Assembly: GCA_002316005.1 (NCBI GenBank)
Contig: DCIM01000049.1
Location: forward strand, 464 to 64,463
DNA length: 64,000 nt
From: Prevotellaceae bacterium UBA1726
Lineage (GTDB): Bacteria > Bacteroidota > Bacteroidia > Bacteroidales > Bacteroidaceae
Direction of reading: 5' to 3'
A program made the position numbers and the translations under genes. The notes under the pieces are model-generated. The model worked only from the letters and a program-made list of their open reading frames with translations. It was not told the origin of the DNA and searched no databases. Each line of letters begins with the position of its first letter. Position 1 is the first letter of the stretch. Positions 19,106 to 29,824 of this stretch are shown one piece after another.

Positions 19106-21100
19106 TTATCTGCGTTTTTTGTTCTTTGGTGTGAAATTAGGATTATATGACTTGCGAGAGCTGCTTTGATTTGAAGACTTTCCGGCTTTTCCTGTTTTAC
19201 CTGAATGTCCTGAATATCCAGATTGATTTGATTGCCCAGTATATCCTGTGTTTCCAGACCTTCCGGAAAATGATGGACCACCCGGATAGAGCGCACGAAG
19301 CAGATCCGTTCTTCCCATTTGTCGCAGTTCACGTTCAATACCAACTCGCTCCTCTGGTTTATACCAGAAGAAGAACTGACGTTGAGCCCTCTTGTCCTTG
19401 TCGCTCTTGGCAGAGAAGACCGGTTCAAGAGTATATGGGTCATAACCTGTGTACCACGCCTCAGTAGATACAGTCATTGGAGTAGGGGTGAAGTCTTGTA
19501 CCTGTTCAAGGTGGAAATCCAATCCCTTTGTAATGGCTGCCAGTTCTGCCATGTCAACAGCATGACACCCAGGATGGCTGCTTATGAAGTAAGGAATAAT
19601 CTGCTGATTCAGTCCTTCTTCGCGGTTTATGCGGTCGAAGATGCGTTTGAACTCCTCAAACTGACGGAATGAAGGTTTGCGCATATGCTTCAAGACAACA
19701 TCCGAAGTATGTTCAGGAGCAACCTTCAGTCTGCCCGAGACATGATCTTTTATCAACTCGCGTGCATATTGCATATGCGAACGATTTGCCTTTTCATCCT
19801 TGTCCTGATGAAGGATAAGGTCATAACGCACGCCCGACCCGATGAAACTCTTTTTTATTCCCGGTAAGGCGTCAACAGCATGATAGATGTCGAGTAGGGC
19901 AGAGTGGTCGGTATTGAGGTTTGGACAAATCTGCGGATTAATGCACGATGGGCGTTTACACACCTCACAAGCCTTTGGATTGCGGCCATGCATTCCGTAC
20001 ATATTAGCAGAAGGACCACCCAGGTCAGAAAGATATCCCTTGAAATCCGGCATCTCAATTACTTGCTTCACTTCACGTAAGATACTTTCCTTTGAACGAC
20101 ATACAACGAATTTTCCCTGATGTGCAGAGATAGTACAGAAAGCACAACCACCAAAGCAGCCACGATGAAGGTTCACTGAGAACTTAATCATATCGAAGGC
20201 AGGAATTCTCTTACCCTTGTATTTTGGATGAGGTTGGCGTGTGTAAGGAAGGTCGAACGAAGCATCCAGTTCTTCAGATGTCAGAGGAGGATATGGCGGA
20301 TTGATAACGCAATACTTGCCGTCAACTCCTTGTAGCAGACGATGGGCGTGCATCATGTTTGACTGTTCTTCCACATGACGGAAGTTCTCTGCTTGTGCCT
20401 TTTTGTTGCGAAGGCATTCCTCGTGAGAATGCAGAACAATATCTTCATCTGTGATACCATCAGGAATGTCTTCCTCATTGCAGAGATAAACGGTTTGAGG
20501 TATATCCTTAATATCGTTTATTGGACGACAGTTGGCTAAGGCATCAGCTACATCAAGTACAACCTTTTCGCCCATGCCATACATAATCATATCAGCACCT
20601 GAGTCGCAAAGGATGCATTTCATCAGTTTGTCCTGCCAATAGTCATAATGCGTGACACGACGAAGCGAAGCCTCTATACCACCGAGAATAACAGGGACAT
20701 CAGGGAACAGCTCCTTAAGGATTTTCGTATAGACAATACTTGGATAGTCTGGTCGCAAACCGGCTTGTCCATTTGGAGAATAAGCATCATCATGACGGAT
20801 TCGGCGAGCAGCGGTATATTTGTTCACCATTGAATCCATCGCACCTGGAGAGATTCCGAAGAATAGACGAGGACGGCCGAGTTTCTTGAAATCACGATAA
20901 TCTCCGTGCCAGTCAGGTTGAGGAACGATAGCCACACGATAGCCCGCCCCTTCAAGAATACGACCTACTACGGAAGCACCGAATGAAGGGTGGTCGACAT
21001 ACGCGTCGCCAGAGAACAGAATGACATCCAATTCATCCCATCCTCTGAGTTCACATTCCTTTTTTGTAGTTGGTAGGAAATCCGTCAGTCGATATTCCAT
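19106..21100 (-). CDS. ygiQ: YgiQ family radical SAM protein with a low-complexity tail
   Basis: GDAYVDHPSFG, CFGGCAFC (CxxxCxxC), DLGGPSANMY, SGRLKVAPEH, QVQDFTPTPMT. Confidence 0.93.
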   Translation of the reverse strand: MEYRLTDFLPTTKKECELRGWDELDVILFSGDAYVDHPSFGASVVGRILEGAGYRVAIVPQPDWHGDYRDFKKLGRPRLFFGISPGAMDSMVNKYTAARRIRHDDAYSPNGQAGLRPDYPSIVYTKILKELFPDVPVILGGIEASLRRVTHYDYWQDKLMKCILCDSGADMIMYGMGEKVVLDVADALANCRPINDIKDIPQTVYLCNEEDIPDGITDEDIVLHSHEECLRNKKAQAENFRHVEEQSNMMHAHRLLQGVDGKYCVINPPYPPLTSEELDASFDLPYTRQPHPKYKGKRIPAFDMIKFSVNLHRGCFGGCAFCTISAHQGKFVVCRSKESILREVKQVIEMPDFKGYLSDLGGPSANMYGMHGRNPKACEVCKRPSCINPQICPNLNTDHSALLDIYHAVDALPGIKKSFIGSGVRYDLILHQDKDEKANRSHMQYARELIKDHVSGRLKVAPEHTSDVVLKHMRKPSFRQFEEFKRIFDRINREEGLNQQIIPYFISSHPGCHAVDMAELAAITKGLDFHLEQVQDFTPTPMTVSTEAWYTGYDPYTLEPVFSAKSDKDKRAQRQFFFWYKPEERVGIERELRQMGRTDLLRALYPGGPSFSGRSGNTGYTGQSNQSGYSGHSGKTGKAGKSSNQSSSRKSYNPNFTPKNKKRR

Positions 21101-21465
21101 TATTCTTCCTCTGCGTCTTCTCCCTCGAGAATCATATCCTCTGAAGAGAATCCCTCAAGATCGAGTTCCATTGAATTTTCGTCGTTGTAACTGATGTATA
21201 GAAGCATAAGGTTGCGAAGTCCCAATGCCTTCATATCACGATGATATATTACATCAAAGCATAGATCGAGCAAATCCTTGTCTCTATCGTTGCCGTTCTC
21301 GAGCAGAGCTCGCACAGTACCTTGCAATTTATCCAAAGTGGTTTCGTCTACGAATCCATCACTTCCCACAAGGTCGTGGAAGAGTGAATACTTCTTGATA
21401 GTGTCAAGATGTTGAGCTGTTACTTCGATGAAACGGCTACCTTTTGCGTTCGCTTTAATTTCCAT
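21100..21465 (-). CDS. Hypothetical protein (121 aa)
   Basis: ORF coupled to ygiQ (overlapping stop and start); acidic tail. Confidence 0.75.
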   Translation of the reverse strand: MEIKANAKGSRFIEVTAQHLDTIKKYSLFHDLVGSDGFVDETTLDKLQGTVRALLENGNDRDKDLLDLCFDVIYHRDMKALGLRNLMLLYISYNDENSMELDLEGFSSEDMILEGEDAEEE

Positions 21466-21493
21466 ATTGTTTGTAATTTAGCAATTATTCTTT

Positions 21494-24091
21494 CTATTTC
21501 AACAGATATGCAAGAATACCCTGCATTATCTTATTCTTTGTATGATTGTCCTTTATGCACTCAAATGGGAATCCCATTGTGAATGTGGAATACTTCCCTT
21601 TGTAACCCACGGCAGCACTTGTGCCATCGGCATATTGCATTGCACATATAGCACCTTCACTTGGTTCAAGAATCTCTGGATGAGTGGCGGCATAATGCTT
21701 CTCGTTGAGATTTCGATAGATAGGGAACTGCATTCCCAATCCGTTTATTTGTTCTTCTGAAGTGAAAGGATCTATTGTGCTGTAACTAACCTTTAGCAAA
21801 TCACTCATAAACTTTTGTTCTTCAGGTTGTTGCATGTCGCTACCTAAGAAAGAACCACTTGCAATAATACAACCACCGTTGGCTGTAAACTGCTTAAGTT
21901 GCTTGCGAATGGATGATGTGAATGTCTTGTAGTATTGTCCAAGTTGCGAGTCGTCTTTCTGCAATCCGAAGGCAAGATCAATGAGTTTGTATGGTTGAAG
22001 ATTCACAAGTCCATTTTCAAGGGCTGTCGATGAACAACTCACAACCGAATATTTCTTTGCTGAAGCAATGGCGCGAATATGATCTACGACATAGTCAAAA
22101 TCGTTACCCGCAATAAAATTGCCTCCCATCTCATTGCCGCAATATCCTAATCCTACTTCACTTTCCACGCCCATCATCGAACGGTCGAATGCCACCTGTT
22201 TACCAGCCCAACCGGCATATAGACCGCGCTGAACACCCTCGTCCTTTGAAATGTCAAATCCTTGCTGAATCTCATTATCAATGATGTATGGTGCTGAGAG
22301 GCGTTGGAAACCATTTACAACAAGAATCTGTCCTCTTGACTCAGGCGCAAGATAAACCGATAGTGTCTCGGTAGGGAAACTCTCGCCGCCATCATTGCAT
22401 GCGGTTATGTAGAAACTGTACTGAATTCCCGGTTCCAGTTTCATTGCTGCAGCTGTACCCTCTACATTCTGCCCATTGTCAAAACCACGATTGCCAATCG
22501 CTGTATAGATGTTGTAAGAAGTTGGGTTCGCAGTAGGTTCTTTCGGGTCCTTTATTCCTGTCCACTCCAACTGAATCTTGTTGCCTTCCACAATCTCAAT
22601 GCGGAACTCAGAAGGTGCGAGTGGTTGAACAACGCACTTGGTGTCGTGCATCTCATTGATGTAGCGGAGTATGGTCTTGTAGATACTTCTTGCTATAGCA
22701 AACTTACCTAATGGATGCTGTGCTATAACCATATCAGGGAAACTCTGATGCGATAGTGTCTCAATGATGGCAGAAGGAACTTCTGGCAGACGGGTTTCAG
22801 AATAGTTCCTGTCCCATAGATATCGTTTGCCCCAAGTGCCAAACTCTCGCGTCATATCGTTGTTGAGATTGTCGAGAAGACGAGATGCCAATTCAAACGA
22901 AACCTTGCGGGAAAGACCAGAAGACAGTAGTCCATCATTGAAATTTGTAGTGGCAATGGCAAGAGAGCCATGAACGGATTTCCCGTCAGGTTGATAACCT
23001 GCATCACTATGGATAGCCAATGACAACTCAAGAGGAACCCCGAGTCCTTCGGATGTTGGTACATAACACGAACCACCAGCAAGCCAGTTGGTCATCAAGG
23101 AACGAACATTGATATCATCGCCATAATCATTCATGCCACCTTTGTCGCTATAGACAGTGTAAGGTGCACCTGCCCATTGTGCCCAGTAACGAGCACCTTC
23201 AAGACAACGAGGCATTCCACTTGTTTCACCGTATCGCTCGATGTTACCCATACCACCACCAAAGCGAACGGCATCTATGCCAACATATCCCTTATGGCGA
23301 GACGAATTTGTGAGAACAACACAATTATCATCAGATGCGTCCCCGGTTTTTACAGCATCAAAGTCAAAAGTTCCGAGGTAAACCCATGTGCCATATCCAA
23401 TCTTCTGGTTAACATGGAATTCTGTAGTCATGCCCTTGTGGTGAACGATGTAATGAGCATCCTCAACGGCTTCTTCCATCTTGGGGTAGCTTACATAGAC
23501 TGCAAAACGGCCACCTTCATTTAGCATTGGGGTGAAACGGTATTCTGTAGCCTTCTTAGACTTTGTTGTCTTTGCTACAAGAGCCTTACCCGCAGTGAAA
23601 GGATTCTCTGTGTCGTGATAGACACCAGGATGCATCTTGAATCCAGTTACCTCATCTTCGTTGTCATGGTTTGGTAGAACCATAAAACTACCGCCCGGAT
23701 AACATAAGTCATTATCGACGATACATTCCTGCTTCTGCCAGTCTCGTTCACGAGGTGTAAACACATAAGCACCTGCATTCTCAAGCATCGGAATGAGGTA
23801 AGGCACGACTATTGTCTGGGTGAAAAGATCCTCAGTAGTACCAAAAAGATTTGGGCGCTGCCACTTCCAGAAACCTTTCTCCTGGTCGTAGTAGCGTCCA
23901 TGACTTGCCCAAAGCGAAATGTGTCTTCCTTCCAGACCGTTTTTCACCTTATTGGGGCGCGATATATTATGAGCCCATGGAGCAACATCACCATTGATGT
24001 CACCCCATGCCCCGCGAATGTTCTGAGTGGTCTGTCCTGACGCACTCAAACATAATGCTATTATTATAAATAATGTATATAGTCTTCTCAC
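21494..24091 (-). CDS. Secreted multidomain protein: amidase_3-like + golvesin/xanthan-lyase CBM-like + FN3
   Basis: SLWASHG, AIHSDA, IIETLSH zinc-amidase-like motifs; WVYLGTFDF/DAVRFGGG; FN3 with YITACNDGGES. Confidence 0.75.
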   Translation of the reverse strand: MRRLYTLFIIIALCLSASGQTTQNIRGAWGDINGDVAPWAHNISRPNKVKNGLEGRHISLWASHGRYYDQEKGFWKWQRPNLFGTTEDLFTQTIVVPYLIPMLENAGAYVFTPRERDWQKQECIVDNDLCYPGGSFMVLPNHDNEDEVTGFKMHPGVYHDTENPFTAGKALVAKTTKSKKATEYRFTPMLNEGGRFAVYVSYPKMEEAVEDAHYIVHHKGMTTEFHVNQKIGYGTWVYLGTFDFDAVKTGDASDDNCVVLTNSSRHKGYVGIDAVRFGGGMGNIERYGETSGMPRCLEGARYWAQWAGAPYTVYSDKGGMNDYGDDINVRSLMTNWLAGGSCYVPTSEGLGVPLELSLAIHSDAGYQPDGKSVHGSLAIATTNFNDGLLSSGLSRKVSFELASRLLDNLNNDMTREFGTWGKRYLWDRNYSETRLPEVPSAIIETLSHQSFPDMVIAQHPLGKFAIARSIYKTILRYINEMHDTKCVVQPLAPSEFRIEIVEGNKIQLEWTGIKDPKEPTANPTSYNIYTAIGNRGFDNGQNVEGTAAAMKLEPGIQYSFYITACNDGGESFPTETLSVYLAPESRGQILVVNGFQRLSAPYIIDNEIQQGFDISKDEGVQRGLYAGWAGKQVAFDRSMMGVESEVGLGYCGNEMGGNFIAGNDFDYVVDHIRAIASAKKYSVVSCSSTALENGLVNLQPYKLIDLAFGLQKDDSQLGQYYKTFTSSIRKQLKQFTANGGCIIASGSFLGSDMQQPEEQKFMSDLLKVSYSTIDPFTSEEQINGLGMQFPIYRNLNEKHYAATHPEILEPSEGAICAMQYADGTSAAVGYKGKYSTFTMGFPFECIKDNHTKNKIMQGILAYLLK

Positions 24092-24648
24092 TATGTTTCT
24101 CCTATCGAGAATTTCTCGGGATGCTTTCCTTTGAAGTTCTTGTAGTACTGTTTAATTTCTGTCATGTCCGCCTCTATGTCGCCAGTCGGGAAGAATGTTC
24201 GAGTACACTCAATATTCTTGCTCTCATAATCAATGGCGTAGAGTAGGATAGGGATATCAGCCTCAAGGGCGATGTAATAGAATCCCTTTTTCCAGTCAGG
24301 ATTCGCCGAGCGAGTGCCTTCTGGAGTAATCGTCAGTGTGAACTCGTTCCTATTGCGGGCAATCTCAGCCAACTGACTTGTCATGTGGGTTTTCTTGTCG
24401 CGATAAACCGGAATGCCGCCAATCTTGCGGGCAATCACACCAACAGGCCAGAAGAACCACTCCTTTTTCATCAGGAAATTGGCATGAAATCCCTCAGCAC
24501 GCATATACAATTGCCCAATGAGAAAATCCCAGTTACTCGTATGTGGTGCAAGGCAGATGATGTACTTCTTTGGATGCTGTTCTGTTACATTCTTTGTCCA
24601 TCCAAGTTTCTTGTACAACAACCACTTGCAAAAGTTGTTCAATGTCAT
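24091..24648 (-). CDS. 1-acyl-sn-glycerol-3-phosphate acyltransferase family protein
   Basis: PHTSNWD (HxxxxD), PEGTRS. Confidence 0.9.
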   Translation of the reverse strand: MTLNNFCKWLLYKKLGWTKNVTEQHPKKYIICLAPHTSNWDFLIGQLYMRAEGFHANFLMKKEWFFWPVGVIARKIGGIPVYRDKKTHMTSQLAEIARNRNEFTLTITPEGTRSANPDWKKGFYYIALEADIPILLYAIDYESKNIECTRTFFPTGDIEADMTEIKQYYKNFKGKHPEKFSIGET

Positions 24649-24696
24649 ATTTTCGCAAATAATTCACACTCTATTATTGAGTGTCAAAGCAAAGTC

Positions 24697-24966
24697 TTAC
24701 AATGCCTCAATCTGGTCAATTAGTTCACAAGCCTGCTTGTTGAAATCCTCAACCAATATCTTATAATATTTCTTTGGCTCCATTCCCGGTTCTGGATGAG
24801 ATACACGGCGTACGAAGTCGCTATGGGTTTTAAGGATGCATTTCAATGTTGCATCCAATGTGTCATGATTTGCCTTGTCTGCAGTGAGGTATGATGCTAC
24901 ACATTCTGCAAAGAGTTCGCTACTTGCATAACTCAGACTTTTTTTCAAATCTCTTTTGTTAGCCAT
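24697..24966 (-). CDS. Small hypothetical protein (89 aa)
   Basis: ATG with an A-rich leader; first gene of the minus-strand run. Confidence 0.75.
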   Translation of the reverse strand: MANKRDLKKSLSYASSELFAECVASYLTADKANHDTLDATLKCILKTHSDFVRRVSHPEPGMEPKKYYKILVEDFNKQACELIDQIEAL

Positions 24967-25206
24967 GATTTTTGTAGTTTAAAAATGTAGAGTTGCTATT
25001 TTTACATGCCAAAGATATAAAAAAAAGCCGAAAGCCCAATAAAAACATTAAAAAAATGTTTGTCCAAATAGCTTTTCTTTACTATTTCCTTCATTTTTTC
25101 ACTGATTTTTTGTAATTTTGCATGTGGTAAGGTGGGTTTCTTTGATTCCTGTCATTATTTTGACGAATAAACATTATCAAATAAAATCAAACAAATTCAG
25201 TAACAA

Positions 25207-26856
25207 ATGAAAACAAGTGCATTGCAGCAGGCTCGTGCTGCTTATCAGCCAAAGCTTCCAAAGGCTCTTCAGGGTCCAGTGGTAGCTGTTGAGGGTGCTC
25301 CTACTCAGTCAGTAGGCAACCAGGATGAAATCAAGGCTATGTTCCCTAACACTTATGGTATGCCTGTTATCACATTCGAGGCAGGTGAGGCAAAGGCTCT
25401 CGAACCATTCAATGTAGGTATCATCCTTTCTGGTGGTCAGGCTCCTGGTGGTCATAATGTAATCTCTGGTCTCTATGACGGTGTAAAGACACTTAACAAG
25501 GACTCTAAGCTCTACGGATTCCTTATGGGTCCTGGTGGTCTTGTTGATCACAAGTATCTTGAGTTCACTGACGAGTACATCGACGAGTATCGTAATACTG
25601 GTGGTTTCGATATCATCGGTTCTGGTCGTACAAAGCTCGAGAAGGAAGCACAGTTCGAGTCAGGTATTGAGATTCTCCGCGAACTTGGTATCAAGGCACT
25701 CGTAATCATCGGTGGTGACGACTCTAACACTAACGCTTGTGTACTCGCTGAGTACTATGCTGCTAAGCAGTATGGCGTTCAGGTTATCGGTTGTCCTAAG
25801 ACTATCGACGGTGACTTGAAGAACGAGCAGATTGAGACTTCATTCGGTTTCGATACAGCTTGTAAGACATATTCTGAGCTCATTGGTAACATCCAGCGCG
25901 ACTGTAACTCAGCTCGTAAGTACTGGCACTTCATCAAGTTGATGGGTCGTTCAGCATCTCACATCGCTCTCGAATGCGCTCTCCAGTGCCAGCCAAACGC
26001 TTGCCTCGTTTCTGAGGAGGTTGAGGAGAAGGCAATGAGCCTTGATGATATCGTTACTTATCTCGCAGAGATCGTAGCAGCTCGTGCTGCTGAGGGTAAC
26101 AACTTCGGTACAGTCCTCATCCCAGAAGGTCTTATTGAGTTCATCCCTGCAATTAAGAAACTCATCGCTGAACTCAACGAAGTTCTCGTTGATCCTGCTA
26201 CAGGTGAGATGCGTGAGTTCCCTTCAAAGGACGAGCAGGTTGCTTTCGTAAAGAGCCACATCGCTCCTGAGAACCTCGCTGTTCTTGAGTCACTTCCAAA
26301 GGATGTTGAGCGTCAGCTCTGCCTTGATCGTGACCCACACGGAAACGTACAGGTTTCTCTCATCGAAACAGAGAAGCTTCTCTCTGCAATGGTTGCTACA
26401 AAGCTCGCTGCATGGAAGGCTGAGGGTAAGTATAATGGCAAGTTCTCTGCACAGCACCACTTCTTCGGTTATGAGGGACGTTGTGCAGCTCCTTCTAACT
26501 ACGATGCTGACTATTGCTACTCACTCGGTTTCAATGCTTCACGCCTTATCGCAAATGGTAAGACTGGTTACATGTCAATCATCAAGAACACAACAGCGCC
26601 AGCAGCAGAGTGGATTGCAGGTGGTGTGCCTATCACAATGATGATGAACATGGAGCGTCGTAACGGTGCTATGAAGCCAGTTATCCGCAAGGCTCTCGTT
26701 GAGCTCGATGGTGCTCCATTCAAGTACTTCGCTGCTCATCGTGAGGAGTGGGCTAAGACAACTTCTTATGTTTATCCTGGTCCTATCCAGTACTGGGGTC
26801 CAACAGAGGTTTGTGATCAGCCTACAAAGACTCTTGCTCTCGAGCAGGCAAAATAA
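25207..26856 (+). CDS. pfp: PPi-dependent phosphofructokinase (long clade)
   Basis: [14 protein letters not shown] and PKTIDGD (PPi signature), MGRSASH; strong codon bias; -7 box TAATTTTG at 25113-25120. Confidence 0.96.
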   Translation: MKTSALQQARAAYQPKLPKALQGPVVAVEGAPTQSVGNQDEIKAMFPNTYGMPVITFEAGEAKALEPFNVGIILSGGQAPGGHNVISGLYDGVKTLNKDSKLYGFLMGPGGLVDHKYLEFTDEYIDEYRNTGGFDIIGSGRTKLEKEAQFESGIEILRELGIKALVIIGGDDSNTNACVLAEYYAAKQYGVQVIGCPKTIDGDLKNEQIETSFGFDTACKTYSELIGNIQRDCNSARKYWHFIKLMGRSASHIALECALQCQPNACLVSEEVEEKAMSLDDIVTYLAEIVAARAAEGNNFGTVLIPEGLIEFIPAIKKLIAELNEVLVDPATGEMREFPSKDEQVAFVKSHIAPENLAVLESLPKDVERQLCLDRDPHGNVQVSLIETEKLLSAMVATKLAAWKAEGKYNGKFSAQHHFFGYEGRCAAPSNYDADYCYSLGFNASRLIANGKTGYMSIIKNTTAPAAEWIAGGVPITMMMNMERRNGAMKPVIRKALVELDGAPFKYFAAHREEWAKTTSYVYPGPIQYWGPTEVCDQPTKTLALEQAK

Positions 26857-26872
26857 GATTTATCATTGATAA

Positions 26873-27661
26873 ATGACAAAGCGTAAAAATACCTCCCGCC
26901 GCAAACGGCAAATATCCAGCCGCTATTTGTGGTTGGGAGGTATTCTTATGTCTGCCATTTACATCTTCGGATTCTATTATTTCTTTGTAGGACCGACCGG
27001 TTTCCGTTGGCGTGCTCTTTATGGTGATGCAAAGTATCCTGAAGGATATGAAATTCAGGGAATAGATATCAGTCACTATCAAGGCGAAATCGATTGGGAC
27101 AAACTGCGAGGTGGATTGATAAAGGAATGTCCTGTGCGTTTCGTTATGATTAAGGCTACCGAGGGTAGTACGAAACTTGACGAGATGTTTGAAGACAATT
27201 TCTATCAGGCACGCGAACATGGTTTCATCCGTGGTGCCTATCATTTCTGGAGCAATAAGTCAACAGCTCGCCAACAGGCTTATTTCTTTTTAGATAAGGT
27301 AGAACTCGAATCCGGCGACCTTCCTCCTGTGCTCGACATTGAGCATAAACCTAAGGATGTGTCAACAGAGGATTTCCAACGCGATGTGCTTACATGGTTG
27401 CATATCGTGGAAGATAGATATCATGTGAAACCAATCATCTACACCTACCATAAATTCAAGGAACTGTATCTTTCGGCTCCTGTCTTTGATGACTATCCTT
27501 ATTGGATAGCGCATTATTATGTAAGTAAGGTGGAATATCAGGGAGAATGGAAATTCTGGCAGCATACTGACGCTGGCCGTCTCCCGGGAATCAAGGGTTA
27601 TGTCGACTTCGACATTTACAATGGCTCTTACTACGATCTAAAGAAACTTACTATTGAGTAG
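26873..27661 (+). CDS. GH25 lysozyme/muramidase, membrane-anchored
   Basis: GIDISHYQ, IKATEG, GAYHF, LDIE, FWQHT. Confidence 0.93.
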   Translation: MTKRKNTSRRKRQISSRYLWLGGILMSAIYIFGFYYFFVGPTGFRWRALYGDAKYPEGYEIQGIDISHYQGEIDWDKLRGGLIKECPVRFVMIKATEGSTKLDEMFEDNFYQAREHGFIRGAYHFWSNKSTARQQAYFFLDKVELESGDLPPVLDIEHKPKDVSTEDFQRDVLTWLHIVEDRYHVKPIIYTYHKFKELYLSAPVFDDYPYWIAHYYVSKVEYQGEWKFWQHTDAGRLPGIKGYVDFDIYNGSYYDLKKLTIE

Positions 27662-27664
27662 AAA

Positions 27665-27698
27665 GTCCTTCCCTTCATGGGAGGATTTAGGTGAGGCT
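27665..27698. repeat. REP-like palindrome at a convergent junction
   Basis: gtccttcccttcatgggaggatttaggtgaggct, same family as 6845 and 11603. Confidence 0.65.
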
Positions 27699-27703
27699 AC
27701 TTT

Positions 27704-28558
27704 TTACTTCAACACCAGCATACACCAGTTGTTGTCAACTCTCCTTGAGAATTCCGAAAGTCCCAACTCCCATGCTTTTTCAATAATCATTGGTGCGTCT
27801 TCTGTATAGAATCCACTAAGGATTAGTGTTGCGCCAAGATTCATCACATCCTTGAATTTATGCATATCAGCAAGAAGGATGTTGCGATTGATATTTGCCA
27901 TTACAATATCGAACACACCACTGATATGTGACAATACTGATGAATCTCCTTCCATCACATGGATATTGCTCACGCCATTCAAGATTGCATTATGCTCTGT
28001 GTTCTTCACGCTCCATTCATCAATGTCATAGGCTACAATTTCCTCAGCACCGAGTTTTGATGATGCAATACCAAGGATTCCTGTGCCGCAACCACAATCA
28101 AGGATTCTTTTATGCTCAACATCCGAATGCAACAATTCAGTTAGAATCATCTGCGTCGTCTCGTGAGTGCCTGTGCCAAATGCATTCTTTGCCTCTATAC
28201 CTATTAATATTTGGCGGTCAATGAGAGGAATTGATTTCTTCGCATCAAAAACCAGTAGTTTCTCCTCAATGTCGATAGGTTCAAAACCGATCGATTCCCA
28301 TTCTGAATTCCAATCCTCGTCTAAGACACATGCTATAGTGTATTCAATCTTGACATCCTCAATAGGGAAGTTGGCAATGGCTTCATCGAGTATCGGCTGA
28401 TGGAACAAATCCCGCTGAACATAGCCGTCAATGCCTATCTCTGAATCCTCAAACGACTCAAATCCAGCTTCCGCCGCCATGTCGGCAAGCAGGTCACTTG
28501 CAATCTGTTTGAGATCTTCAGAACACTCAATCTTGAACTCTACCTTATAATAATGCAT
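27704..28558 (-). CDS. prmA: Ribosomal protein L11 methyltransferase
   Basis: AFGTGTHETT, LDCGCGTGIL, ANINRN, LSGF; start at MHYYKVEF (28558). Confidence 0.93.
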   Translation of the reverse strand: MHYYKVEFKIECSEDLKQIASDLLADMAAEAGFESFEDSEIGIDGYVQRDLFHQPILDEAIANFPIEDVKIEYTIACVLDEDWNSEWESIGFEPIDIEEKLLVFDAKKSIPLIDRQILIGIEAKNAFGTGTHETTQMILTELLHSDVEHKRILDCGCGTGILGIASSKLGAEEIVAYDIDEWSVKNTEHNAILNGVSNIHVMEGDSSVLSHISGVFDIVMANINRNILLADMHKFKDVMNLGATLILSGFYTEDAPMIIEKAWELGLSEFSRRVDNNWCMLVLK

Positions 28559-28770
28559 AGTAATTTTGTTAAATTCCACTGCAAAATTACAAAAAATAGG
28601 GAAAAACCTACTAATAGTTAGGGAAATTCCGTAAATTTGCAGTAAATTTATTGATATTTTTGCATCGTGAAATAATGAAAAGGCCAAAATAGAGGTAATA
28701 ACCAAATATCGAGGTCGGTATTTTCTAAACTTGATGCTATTGGAAATATAAACAAAAAGATTACAGCTAT

Positions 28771-29763
28771 ATGAAAAAGTTAATTGTTCTTTCAGCAATG
28801 ATTCTCGCTTTGCCATTCTCAATGATGGCGCAGGATGATGACATGTACTTCGTTCCAAAGAAGAAGTCAAATGTTAAGGCTGCAACAGAAACCTATTACT
28901 CAGGTTCAAATCGTGATGCTGACGAATACAACCGTCGTGGTAAGTTTGCTGGTAGCAGTGTTGTTCCAATGGACAGCGCTTCAATGGCTCTTCGCGGACT
29001 TAGCCCTGACAGCATCTATGTTGATTCTCTCTTTGCAGAGCGTCTGTTGAAGGAGTATAACGAGGAGGAGAACTATCGTTTCAGTCGTCAGCTGGATCGT
29101 TGGTATGGTTGCTATGATCCATGGTTCTACAACCACAGCTTCTACTGGGGACCTTATGCTCACGGTTGGTACAACCCATGGTATGGCCCAGGTTGGTACG
29201 ATCCATTCTACGATCCATGGTTTGATCCTTGGTTCTATCCTTACGGTCCAGGTTGGTATGGTCCAGGTTGGTATGGTCCTGGTTGGGCATGGAATCATTG
29301 GTATGGCCCAGGTTGGTACGGTCCTGGCTGGTATGGCCCTTACGGCCCAGGTTGGGGTGGTGGCATAATCATCGCTGGTGGTGGTTCACGCTTCAATAAG
29401 TATGGTATTGCTGGTACTGCTAATCATGGTGCTGTTCATGGTGCTGGTTACGGTGGTAGCAGAACAGGTACTGCAGGTCATGGTACATTCTCAGGTGCTC
29501 GTCGTGCAACAACTGCTGCTGCTAATTCAAGTAGCAACACTGGAGTTCGCCGCTCAGCGTCTACTAATAGAACATTCAACAATACAACAAATAATTCGTC
29601 ATCGAACTACACACCTGCTCGCACAAATAGCTCAAGTAGTTCAAGCAGCTTTAGCGGAAGCCGTTCTTCTGGTGGTGGTAGCTTCAGTGGTGGTGGCGGT
29701 AGCCATTCGTCATCAGGTGGTGGTGGCGGTGGTGGAGGCCACTTCGGTGGTGGTCGTCGCTAA
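28771..29763 (+). CDS. Secreted low-complexity protein with GPGWY/DPW repeats and a Gly/Ser/Arg tail
   Basis: Signal peptide then QDDDMYF; repeated GPGWY; ends GGGHFGGGRR; strong codon bias. Confidence 0.85.
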   Translation: MKKLIVLSAMILALPFSMMAQDDDMYFVPKKKSNVKAATETYYSGSNRDADEYNRRGKFAGSSVVPMDSASMALRGLSPDSIYVDSLFAERLLKEYNEEENYRFSRQLDRWYGCYDPWFYNHSFYWGPYAHGWYNPWYGPGWYDPFYDPWFDPWFYPYGPGWYGPGWYGPGWAWNHWYGPGWYGPGWYGPYGPGWGGGIIIAGGGSRFNKYGIAGTANHGAVHGAGYGGSRTGTAGHGTFSGARRATTAAANSSSNTGVRRSASTNRTFNNTTNNSSSNYTPARTNSSSSSSSFSGSRSSGGGSFSGGGGSHSSSGGGGGGGGHFGGGRR

Positions 29764-29824
29764 TCCGACTTACATATTGTGATTATTAATACAATTATCC
29801 TATACATTATTAAATATATAAGAA

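Noticed and set aside
28559-28870. N-terminal extension of the 388-aa prmA ORF
   Set aside because: Runs through the divergent promoter region and overlaps the next gene; PrmA-like sequence starts at MHYYKVEF.
29160-29360. 15-bp repeats (ggtccaggttggtat) as a possible CRISPR or VNTR
   Set aside because: In-frame GPGWY coding repeats with synonymous variation; no unique spacers and no cas genes.
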